The position numbers and the translations under genes were made by a program. Under the pieces are notes generated by a model, which was not told where the DNA came from, ran no database searches, and saw only the letters and a program-made list of their open reading frames with translations. A stretch of 64,000 bases of DNA. Origin: Cetorhinus maximus (lineage: Eukaryota). Below, one piece after another: positions 52,047 through 62,149 of this stretch; positions within the stretch are counted from its first letter, which is position 1, and each line of letters opens with the position of its first letter. The stretch spans positions 14,632,001 through 14,696,000 of the forward strand of contig NC_135887.1 of NCBI RefSeq assembly GCF_964194155.1, read 5' to 3'.

Positions 52047-54077
52047 TGAAACAAAAACAGAAAATGCTGGAAAAGCTCAGTAGGTCTAACAGCATCCGTG
52101 GAGAGAGAAACAGAGTTGACGTTTCTTCAGAGCTAAAGAGAAGTAGAAATGTGATGAAATTTATACTATTTCAGGCAGGGTGGAGCAGGTAAAACTGGAT
52201 AGAAAGCCAGCAGTAGGTGGGAGCAAAGGAGAGATTGACAAAGATGTCATGAACAAAAGGACAAAGAGAGTGTTAATGGTCATAGTAAGGGCTAAAAAAG
52301 GTGCTGATAGTGGCAAAGGTAAGAAAGCAGAATGTGATAATAGCTGAAGGGTAAGCACTCTGAAAACAACAAAATGTCAAGTAGCAGGTGGTCCTTGTGG
52401 GGAGTGGGGAAAAAAGGATCGAAAATGGGATAAAAAGAGGGAATAAAAAAAGGGGATAAAACAATGACTAAATAAATAGAAGTAAAAGTAAGTGGATAAA
52501 AAATAATGAATTTTGAAAAAAGGATAAAAAAGGGGTGAAGATAGAGGACAGAGTTCACGGTCGGAAGTTGTTGAACTTAATGTTAAGTCCGGAAGCTGTA
52601 AAGTGCCTAATCGGAAGTTGAGGTGCTGTTCCTCCAGTTTGCATTGGGCTTCACTGGAACATTGCAGCAGGCCAAGCACGGACATGTGGGCATGAGAGCA
52701 GGGTGGTGTGTTGAAATGGCAAGCAGCAGGAAGGTCTGGGTCATGCTTGCGAACAGACGAAGGTGTTCCGCAAAGTGATCACCCAGTCTGTATTTGGTCT
52801 CTCCAATGTAGAGGAGACTGCATTGGGAGCAGCGAATGCAGTAGGTCAAATTGAAGGAGGTGCAAGTAAAACTCTGCTTCACCTGAAAGGAGTGTTTGGG
52901 CCCTTGGACAGTGAGGAGGTAAGGGGGCAGATGTTATACCTTCATCAATTGCATCGGAAGGCGGCATGGGAAGGGGATGAGGCTGACATGTCTTCCTTCT
53001 TCCTTAACCGAGGTTTCCCGCCCACTGTGGTTGACAGGGCCCTCAGCCATGTCCAGCCCATCTCCCGTGCCTCTGCCCTCATACCTTCTGGGAGGGGGAC
53101 TCCCAGAACCATAATAGGTTGTCCTCACTTTTCACCCCACTAGCCTTCACATTTAAAAGGATCATCCGCCGTCATTTCAGCCAACTCCAGCATGATGCCA
53201 CCACCAAACATCTTCCCCTCCCTCCGTCAGCATTCTGTAGCGGCCGTTCCCTCTGGGACACCCTGGTCCACTCCTCCATCACCTCATCCCTTTCCCATGC
53301 AATCGCAGAAGATGCAACACCTGCCCCATTACCTCCTCACTGTCCATGGGCCCAAACATTCCTTTCATGTGAAGCAGCGCTTTACTTGCACCACCTTCAA
53401 TTTGATCTACTGCATTCGCTGCTCCCAATGCGGTCTCCTCTACATTGGAGACCAAATGCAGAATGGGTGACCGCTTTGCAGAACACCTTCACTCTGTCCG
53501 CAAGCATGATCCAGGCCTTCCTGCTGCTTGCCATTTCAACACTCCATCCTGCTCTCATGCCTACATGTCCGTCCTTGACCTGCTGCAATGTTCCAGTGAA
53601 GCTCAACGCAAACTGGAGGAACAGCACCTCGTCTTCTGACTAGGCACTTTACAGCCTTCCAGACTGAACATTGAGTTCAATAACTTCAGACCATGAGTTT
53701 CTTCTAATCTTCCCCCCATTTTTTATCCCTTCTTTTAATCCACTTATTTTTATTTATTCTTTTATTCCCCCTTTTTTATCCCATTTTCGATCCTTTTTTC
53801 CCCCACCTCACCCCCACAAGGGCTATCTGCTACTTGTTCATGTTTTCAGAGTGCTTACCCTTCTGTTATTATCACATTCTGCTTTCTTACCTTTGCCACT
53901 ATTAGGACCTTTTTTTTTAGCCCTTACCACTACCAATAACAGTCCCTCTGTCCTTTTATTCATGACATCTTTGTCAATCTCTCCTTTGCCCCCATCTATT
54001 GCTGGCCTTCTATCCAGCTTCACCTGCTCCACCCCCCCTTAAACAGTATAAATTTCATCACATTTCTACTTCTCTTT

Positions 54078-54116
54078 AGCTCTGAAGAAGGGTCATACGG
54101 ACTTGAAACTTCAGCT
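54078..54116 (+). ncRNA. Hammerhead-like motif in PLE 3' repeat
   Basis: AGCT-CTGAAGA-A-GGGTC-ATACG-GACTT-GAAA-CTTC-AGCT, downstream of the plus-strand GIY-YIG arm. Confidence 0.55.
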
Positions 54117-54146
54117 GTTTCTTCCTCCACAGATGCTGTCAGACCT

Positions 54147-55763
54147 AGAGTCATACAGCGCAGAAACAGACCCTTTGGCCCATTGTCCATGCTGGCCATC
54201 AAGCACCTACCTATTCTAATCCCATTTTCCAGCACTCGGCCTGTAGCCCTGTATGCTATGGCATTTCAAGTGCTCATCTAAATACTTCTCAAATGCTGTG
54301 AGGGTTCCTGCCTCTAGCACTCCCTCAGGCAGTGCGTTCCAGATTCCAACCGCCCTCTAGGTGAAAAAAAAATTTCAAGTCTCCTCTAAACCTCCTGCCC
54401 CTTACCTTAAATCTATGCCCCCTAGTTATTGACACCTCTGCTAAGGGGAAACGTTTCTTCCTATCTATGCCCCTCATAATTTTGTATACCTCTACCAGGT
54501 TCCCTCTCAGCCTTCTCTGCTCTAAGGAAAACAACCCTAGCCTATCTAGTCTCACTTTATAGCTGAAACGCTCCAGCCCAGGCAACATCCTGGTGAATCT
54601 CCTCTGCACCCTCTCCAGTGTAATCACATCCTTCCTACAGTATGGTGGCCAGAAGTTTACACAGTACTCCAGCTGTGGCCTAACTAGCGTTTTATACAGC
54701 TCCAACATAACCTCCAGCTCTTATATTCTATGCCTCGGCTAATAGAAGCAATATCCCATATGCCTCTTTAACCACCTTATCTTTCTGTGCTGCTGCCTTC
54801 AGGGATCTATGGACATGTACACCAAGGTTCCTCGGATCCTCTGTACTTCCTAGGGTCCTACCATTCATTGTGTATTCCCTTGTCATGTTAGTCCCCCCAA
54901 AATGCATCACCTCACACTTCTCAGGGTTAAATTCCATTTGCCACTGTTCTGCCCATCCTACCAGCCCATCTATATCGTCTGTAATCTAAGGCTTTCTTCC
55001 TCACTATTTACGACACGACCAATTTTCATGTCATCTGCGAACTTACTGATCATACCTCCTATATTCACATCTAAATCATTAATGTACACTGCAAACAGAA
55101 AGGGCCGCAGCACAGATCCCTGCAGTACACCATTTGTCACAGGCTTCCAATCGCAAAAACAACCTTCGACCATCACCCTCTGCCTCCTGCTACTAAGCCA
55201 ATTTTGGATCCAAATTGCCCTGGATTCCATGGGCTTACCTCCTTGACCATTTGCCCATTTGGGACCTTGTCAAAAGCCTTACTGAAGTCTATGCAGACTA
55301 CAATCAACTGCACAACCCTCATCTACACAACTAGTCACCTCCTTGAAAAATTCAATCAAATTTGTTAGACATGATCTCCTCCTGACAAAGCTATGCTGAC
55401 TATCCCTGCCTCTCCAAGTGGAGATTAATCTTGTCCCTCAGAATTTTTTCCAGTAGTTGCCCTACCACTGATGTTAGACTCACTGGCCCATAATTGCCCG
55501 GTTTATCCCTACTACCCTTCTTGAATAATGGTACCACATTCGCTGTCCTCCGGCACCTCTCCCATGGCCAAGAGAGAGTTTGAAAATTAAGTGCCAGAGC
55601 CCTTGCAATCTCCTCCCTTGCCTCTCATAGTAGCTTAGGATACATCTCATCTGGGCCTGGGGATTTACCCAATTTTAAGCCCGCTAAAACCACTAATACC
55701 TCCTCCCTTTCAATGCTAATTTGTTCACAGCCCACCCCCCTCCCTGATGTCTAGACCTACAGC
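54147..55763 (-). mobile_element. CR1 LINE nested in the Penelope terminal repeat
   Basis: NGVLQGSVL…KFADD; LVRPQLEYC; GACCT repeated at 54142-54146 and 55764-55768. Confidence 0.92.
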
Positions 55764-56249
55764 GACCTGAGTTTTTCCAGCATTCTCTGTTTTTGTTTCA
55801 GGTTTCCAGCACCCGCAGTTGTCGAGGTTACAAAGCATCTGGTTCAACCTGAGAGAGAGAGAGAGAGAGAGGGCTACTGAGCAGAGGGATGGAATCGGGG
55901 GCAGAGGGTACAGGGACTGAAGGCAATAGGCTTTGGTTTTCTCAACACTGGAGAAAATTTCATTTCATCGAGTGCCAACAGTCTTGGCAATCCAGAAACA
56001 GTGGAGGGGGTCAGAAGAGGCGGTGAGGGAGAGCTTGCTGGAGCCGCTCCAGCCTCGGAAATATCTATTTCCACCCTAACCCTTACTAGCCACTGTCCTT
56101 TCCCAATTAAATTACACTCTTGGAAGGGTTTGAGGGAGTTCCACCATCTCCAATATTTTCTTCCCGCTGCCGTGGAGAACGTTAACTTGCTTCCATTGGG
56201 AGATGCACGGCCCCCGACATCTCCATCGCTTTGCCGCCCAGCGCTCACT

Positions 56250-56953
56250 TCATTTTGCGACGCTTCGCTCCCACAACCGCGCTTTCCGCCCCCAGTGGGG
56301 CAGCTAACCAGTTTGCTTATTCATTTGTTCAGTCATTCGCCTCCGCTCCGCACCGCACCGCACCGCACCCCACCTCGACTATCCGGTTCCCGAAGCGAGC
56401 CCAGTACCTGCAAGAGTCGGCGTGCAGACCTTCCACAGCACCTCTCCTCCCCTTTCTCTCCGTCTTCACTTCCGGCTCAACAGGCTCACCGGAAGTGACT
56501 TCAATACCGCCGCGAGCTCCCGACGGCTCTCGCCAGCTGACTGCGCACGCGCCTCCCATCAGTTTTCTGCCCACCGTTCTCTCCCGTTACATGGTACTGC
56601 GCAAGCGCAAACAATCCCCCCCTCCCGCCCCGTGTAGGAAATTGTTCGGGACCCTCCGTAAATTACATTTTAATAGGACGAGGAATAAGGTTCGATTTTT
56701 TTTTAACCGCTGGAGTGAAATGACAGCGTTTACTCGTTTGTATAATATACTTTCGACAGATAGTAAAGTTCATGACTGGGGAAAAAACGTTGCATTTAAC
56801 CCTTATGATAAATCCTAAAGGGTTACTGAGCATGCGCAGTTAGAGGTACCCACCCCCCCTAGCTCTAGCGGCGCATGCGCTGACGTTCGCGGGGGGGCGG
56901 AGGGGAAGCGCCGTCGCCGTGGCAGCGGAAGGGAGACGGGCCTGTTGATTGGG
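56250..56953. promoter_or_regulatory. Bidirectional CpG-island promoter shared by TNFAIP1 and IFT20
   Basis: Inverted ETS/GABPA pair CACTTCCGG (56467-56475) and CCGGAAGTG (56489-56497); NRF1-like sites at 56542, 56598, 56827 and 56871 (GCGCATGCGC); GC box near 56894. Confidence 0.85.
56408..56490 (-). other. TNFAIP1: Probable non-coding exon 1 of TNFAIP1 (start site approximate)
   Basis: Minus-strand donor CAG|GTACTG at 56407 inside the CpG island; exon 2 has an acceptor at 47071 that needs an upstream exon. Confidence 0.6.
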
Positions 56954-57080
56954 ATGGCTATGGAGGCCCTCGGGGAGGCCGGCATGCACTTTGACGAGCT
57001 CAACAAACTGAGGGTCCTGGATCCTGAAGTGGCTCAAAATACAACCGAGCTGAAGGAGGAGTGCAAGGACTTTGTAGAAA
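56954..57080 (+). CDS. IFT20: IFT20 first coding exon; later exons not found in the window
   Basis: [42 protein letters not shown] plus 1 nt (127 nt), then donor GTAGGT; matches the recalled IFT20 N-terminus [21 protein letters not shown]. Confidence 0.96.
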
Positions 57081-57144
57081 GTAGGTACAAGGAGGGAGCT
57101 TGGTCACCATACGGGAGGGGGAGGGAAGACAACTACGATAGAAA

Positions 57145-57555
57145 GAAGAACAACTGCATTTATATAGCACCTTTCACTACCTCAGGATGTCTCAAAGCGT
57201 TTTACTTTCGTGTACTTTTCTGAAGTTTAGTCGCCGTGGGAAACGTGGCAATCAATTTGTGCACAGCAAGATCCCATGAGTAACTAGGGTGTTGGTTGAG
57301 GTATAAATATCGGCAAAAATACTGGAAAATTTTCTCTAATCTTCGAAACTCTACCTTGGGATCTTTTATCTACAGCCGAGAGGGCTGACAGAGCTTTGGT
57401 TCAAGGTCTTATGCGAAAGATCCTTCCTCCAGCAGTGCAGCACTTCCCTCTGTACTGCACTGGAGTGTCGGCCTGAATTACGTGCTCAAGTCTCTGGAGT
57501 GGGACTTGAATCATGACTTTCTGATTTGGAGATAAGTGTTGACCACAGAGCTGAC
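57145..57555 (-). mobile_element. SacSINE1-like SINE
   Basis: Reverse complement of the same family (CTCTGGAGTGGGACTTGAA; AACTGCATTTATATAGCACCTTTC tail). Confidence 0.78.
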
Positions 57556-57570
57556 ACCCATAAGTATAAC

Positions 57571-57756
57571 AAAAACAGAATTACCTGGAAAAACTCAGCA
57601 GGTCTGGCAGCATCGGTGGAGAAGAAATCAGTTAACGTTTCGAGCCTTCATGGCCCTTCGGCAGAACTGAAGCATAGTTAGGAGAAAGGAGAAGGTAATT
57701 CTGTTTTTGTTTTGGATTTCCAGCATCCGCAGTAGCTTTTAGCTTTTTGTTTTTAT
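57571..57756. mobile_element. Short PLE terminal-repeat derivative, same subfamily as the 18.3-kb element
   Basis: Near-identical to 18345-18470 plus 19677-19730; TSD ACCCATAAGTATAAC at 57556-57570 and 57757-57771. Confidence 0.9.
57628..57670 (-). ncRNA. Hammerhead-variant motif
   Basis: TCAGTT-CTGCCGAA-GGGCC-ATGAA-GGCTC-GAAA-CGTT-AACTGA with a perfect 6-bp stem I. Confidence 0.6.
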
Positions 57757-57929
57757 ACCCATAAGTATAAACTGCTCTGGGCACTGTGCATCAGATAGCA
57801 GAAGAAATCAGTGTTTCTGAGACGATGTTACTGAAGTATAAATGTAAAAGGTATACCTCGAATATTTAATTTGGGACAGTAGTACAAGAACCTGAGATTA
57901 AAGATGAATTTAGGAATCATATCCTTAAT

Positions 57930-58285
57930 CAACATCTAAACAGATTGACCAATTTTACATTGTTGTTTGTGGGAGTTTGCTGCAAATCGGCTGTTTGTTT
58001 CTTATATTACAACAGTGACTACGTTTCAAAAGTACTTAGATAAAAGCAAAAAACTGTGGATGCTGGAAATCCAAAACAAAAATAAAAATACCTGGAAAAA
58101 CTCAGCAGGTCTGGCAGCATCTGCGGAGAGGAACACAGTTAACGTTTCGCGTCTGTATGATTCTTCAACAGTTCGGTGTTCCTCTCCGCAGGTGCTGCCA
58201 GACCTGTTGAGTTTTTCCAGGTATTTTTATTTTTGTTTCAAAAGTACTTCATTGGTTGTAAAGTATGGGAGATGTCCGTTGGTCA
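57930..58285 (+). mobile_element. SacSINE1-like 3' fragment hosting a PLE insert
   Basis: TTGTGGGAGTTTGCTG…ACAACAGTGACTAC…TTCAAAAGTACTTCATTGG. Confidence 0.7.
58038..58234. mobile_element. Short fold-back PLE derivative inserted in a SINE tail
   Basis: Inverted arms; TSD GTTTCAAAAGTACTT at 58023-58037 and 58235-58249. Confidence 0.88.
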
Positions 58286-58739
58286 TTCTTTACACTGTGT
58301 TGTGTTATTGGTGCCCCGATCCTTTTCTGTGAGAATCAAGAAGATTCTTGCACAATATCAGGGAACCAGCCTTCTCCCCCAGCAACCCCTAACCCTCTGC
58401 TGTTTACCCCCCCCCCCGCCGTTGCTTGGGCTAAATGGGCTGCTCATGAATTTTTTTCATTATCACATATCCCAAACCTCCTAATTTCCCTTCATTTTTG
58501 AATAACCTCTCACATTTCATTTCATGGATTGCTGGTGCGTTTTGTGTTAAACAGGATAAATTAAAGATTTCTGGAAGCCTCATGCAGTTAGCTGAAACCC
58601 CAGGAAATATGTTTGGCATCTGGAGGTTTTTCTTAGGTTGAAAGAGCTCTAACTATCCATCAGATCAGGGGAAAGGAAATCAATCTGGGGCTACACCTGT
58701 GAGAATAAGGTCCAGATTTAGGTTACTGAATTTCCATGA

Positions 58740-60065
58740 ACCACCTGTACAAATGTGGGCCTCTCACTTAACTGAATGCAGCATCAGAGCTCTATAAAGA
58801 TCCAGCATAACATACCTGTCTTTGTACTCAATGGCTCTGTTTATGAAGCCCAAGATCCCATATTCTTTGATAACTGCCCTTTTGACCTGTCCTGCCACGT
58901 TCAAAGATCAATTCTCATTAACCCTGCCAAACCCCCACTCCAACCACGGCCCCTCTGTCCCAGCACACTCTTTAGGACTGCCATCAAGTATTGCCTCTCC
59001 CTATTCCTTTTACCACAGTGCATCACCTCACATTCCACTGTATTAAATTCCATCTGTCACTTTTCTACCCATTCTGCTAGCAGTCTATGTGCTGTTGTAG
59101 TTGATTGGTATCAGCTTCACTATTTGCCATAACTCCAAGTTCGGTATAATTGGAAAATTTTTAAAGTTTACTCTATATTCCAATATCTAAGTCATTTATA
59201 TAAATAGCTTCCTAGCACGAACTCTTGGGGAACACCACTGTCTACCATCCTCCAGCCTGAAAAACAACCATTTACCATGATTTGCTGTTTCTCTCGAGTC
59301 AATTTTTATCCAAGCTGAGACTGACCCTCCTATTCAATGAACCTCAATTTTGTCAACCAATCTTTTATGTGGCACTTTGTCAACAGCTTTCTTGAAATCC
59401 ATATAGAGAACATCCACTGCATTCCCTTCATCAACTTTCTCTGTTATTTTCTCAAAGAATTCAATTAGATTAGTCAAACACGACCTACCTTTACAAATCC
59501 ATACTGGGTCTTAATTAAAACAAACCTCTCCAAGTGCCTGTTAATTTTTTTACCTGGTTATTGTTTCTAAAACCTTATCCACCACTGATGTTAAACTGAC
59601 CAGCCTATAGTTACTAGAAATATCCTTACAGCCTTTCTTGAACAAGGGCGTCATATTTACCACTTTACAATTCTCCGGCACCTCCCCTGTATCTAGGGAA
59701 GGTTGGAAGATTATGGCAAGCCCATCTGCTATCTCCCACCCCCACTTCCCTCAGTAACCTAGGATGCAAGCCATCTGGGCCAGGTGACTTTTCATTCCAA
59801 GCATTACTAACTAGCCTTTATAGTGCACCCTGTCTCTCAATTTTCACCCCATCCATTACCTCTACCATCTTTGCTTCCAATGATATTTTGCCAGCAGCAT
59901 CTTCCTTAGTAAACATCAATACAAAGTACTCATTAAGTATTCTAGCCTTGCTGGCGTTGTGTCTCTAAGCATATATCACCTTCTTTGTCCCTAATAGACC
60001 CCACCCCACCTCTTACTACTCGATTACTGTTTACCTGCTGGTAGAAGATTTTTGGGTTCTCTTTA
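58740..60065 (-). mobile_element. Old CR1 RT fragment in the IFT20 intron
   Basis: Decayed RT motifs; KENPKIFYQQVNSNRVVRGGVG linker. Confidence 0.8.
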
Positions 60066-60069
60066 ATGT

Positions 60070-60810
60070 TAACCACCACCTGCAAGTTCCCCTCCAAGTC
60101 ACACATCATCCTGATTTGGAAATGTATCACTGTTCCTGCACTGTTGTGCCAAAATCCTGAAACTCACTTCCTAACAGCAATGTGGGTGTACTTAGCACCA
60201 CATGGACTGCAGAAGTTCAAGGTGGCTCATCACCACCTTCTCAAGGGCAATTAGGGATGGGCAATAAATGCTGGACTTGTCAGTGATGCCCACAGCTCAT
60301 GAATGAATAAAAGAAAACTGAACCAAAGGATTTTAGGAGAGGTTACTAAAAACATGGTTGGTAGTAGATTTTAAGGATCTTAAAGGAGTGTGAGAGAGGT
60401 GGAGAGGTTTAAGAAGGAAATCCCTGAGCTTGGTGGCCTAGGTGGCTGCAGGTTTAACCAATGGTGGATGAATAGAGTGGGATTTGCATAAGAGGCTAAA
60501 GTTGGGGGAAACACAGAGTTGTTAAAGTTTGGAAAAGAATTCTGGACTGGAGGGAAGGAGAATGGACAGTGAGCCTGATTTGGAAGATGGAACACTCGAA
60601 TGCTTGAGCTGGGAATTGGAGCTTGGGAAAGTCACAGGTGGGGTGAGGCCACAGAGGGCTTTTTAAAATGAGGTTGAGGATTTTGAAGTCAATACATTGA
60701 GAACTGGAGATTGGCAAGGGTGATAGATGAGCAGGTGACATGAGATAGCAGACAGGTGGCAAAGTTTCAAAATAAGTTGGTGTTAGGGTGGCAGGTTGGG
60801 TGGCTAACTA
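60070..60810. mobile_element. CR1-group 3' end (plus, 60070-60312) next to an L2-like fragment (minus)
   Basis: Tail GGGCAATAAATGCTGG…GAATGAATAAAAG; IDFKILNLILKS motif. Confidence 0.7.
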
Positions 60811-61449
60811 GGAGATCCTTTCCTTTGATACAGCCTCACCAAGGATATTGATCCAGTCACCTCCAATTATTATCTCCAGTGCTGTTCCCTCAGCTTAATA
60901 AGACTAAAAAGCAAACACCTGCTTTTGTAACTCTTGGTCCAAGATAATGCTGTTTGTGTAAAATAAATAAAATCAGGCCGGGATCTAAATTTGGCAGTTT
61001 TTTGCAGCATCTAAAATGTTAACTTTTTTGAATGATTTTAAAACAGAGAGAGAAGAGACTAAAGATTGACCAGATACCAGACAATACTAACATTCAGAGC
61101 TAACTATAAACCATAATTGGATTAACTGGGAAACAGACAAAAATGATGAAGAGTTTATCAATCTGCAGTATGGCCTGTGGTTTATCATACAATTGCAGAA
61201 AAGTTTACTGTGTAAACGATATATTTGAATGAATGATTTAATAACACAAGCAACAGAAGGATTAAATGTAAAATATAGACCAGCAGAGCAGACACTCTAA
61301 ATTGTAAATGTTGTTCTGTAAAACTTTGCTGCTTGCTGTATTAGAACTAACTTGAATATCATAAAAAGGTTACTTGCTTTAAACAGTGCTCTTCTTTTGT
61401 ATCAGGATGAAAACATTGTGAATTGGTAACCCAAGTTAGGTTTTCTACA

Positions 61450-61779
61450 CTATTTAATGTTAACATTAAGATCAATTGCAGGTTGACAATCTAACCCGCA
61501 TTCTTCCTGTGTTTGCCATCTGTGACGGGAGTGAAATACAGGAAGGATGTGGTTTAATTGTTTTGACTGAATGTAAAAGTAGTCTAGACAGGTAAGGCGA
61601 AAACCTCTACGAAGTAGCAGATGATACTCTTGGCTCAACATAAATATCTGAGAGTCTTGCTTCATTTCCCAACAATATGTACAAAATGTAATCGGTTGAA
61701 CTTCTAAACCATAAATCAAACTGGCAGGAATGCCACCAAAAACTCCTGGAAGCTGATTCAAAATTTTCCAGATGCCGTG
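61450..61779 (-). CDS. Candidate terminal exon of the same unidentified gene (109 codons)
   Basis: Acceptor TTTGTCAACAG at 61780; in frame with the 79-nt exon: HGIWKILNQLPGVFGGIPASLIYGLEVQPITFCTYCWEMKQD…NVNIK*. Confidence 0.35.
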   Translation of the reverse strand, partial: HGIWKILNQLPGVFGGIPASLIYGLEVQPITFCTYCWEMKQDSQIFMLSQEYHLLLRRGFRLTCLDYFYIQSKQLNHILPVFHSRHRWQTQEECGLDCQPAIDLNVNIK

Positions 61780-61900
61780 CTGTTGACAAATTGTAATTTA
61801 TTTCCTTCTGTAACTCATCAGGAACTTGAGAGGTATTAATTACTGAAGATCATGTAACAATGTACCTTATTTAGAGCTGTGAAACATTTCAAGAACTTAC

Positions 61901-61979
61901 GGTTTTGGAATTCTGCTGAAAAAGATACATGGTGAATTGAATACCATCAGACCCGAGGTTTAATGCAAGATTCACATTG
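61901..61979 (-). CDS. Candidate exon of an unidentified antisense gene nested in the IFT20 intron
   Basis: Acceptor TTGTGTTGTTTTTCCCAACACAG and donor GTAAGT; only one open frame (NVNLALNLGSDGIQFTMYLFQQNSKT), ending in phase 0. Confidence 0.4.
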
Positions 61980-62149
61980 CTGTGTTGGGAAAAACAACAC
62001 AAAATTTGGATTATGGAATGACAGTGCTTCAATTTCATAGGGTGCATACTGCACAAGATGATTGTTTTGCACAAGATTATGGATTATTGTCATCTTTGAT
62101 TCCAATTTAACAAGAATTGATGAGACCGCTGTGTGTAATATTGTCATGT

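Larger units (their letters stand above)
52047..55821. mobile_element. Penelope-like element with two inverted GIY-YIG arms (52047-52980 minus; 52981-54146 plus), interrupted by a CR1 and resuming at 55764
   Basis: YCIRCSQC(S/G)LLYIG in both orientations (ORFs 52607-52882 minus; 53192-53639 plus). TSD TC(A/G)AGGTTACAAAG at 52033-52046 and 55822-55835. Confidence 0.9.

Noticed and set aside
55874-56818. ORFs of 124-195 aa across the promoter
   Set aside because: GC-rich CpG-island sequence with low stop frequency; no recognisable domain.
57081-57223. Read-through extension of the IFT20 ORF
   Set aside because: Similarity to IFT20 ends at the GT donor; the extension runs into a SINE tail.
61545-61570. 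Possible next IFT20 exon (GGTTTAATTG resembles GLIE)
   Set aside because: The surrounding frame does not give IGQFQKIVGGLIELVD and stops immediately.
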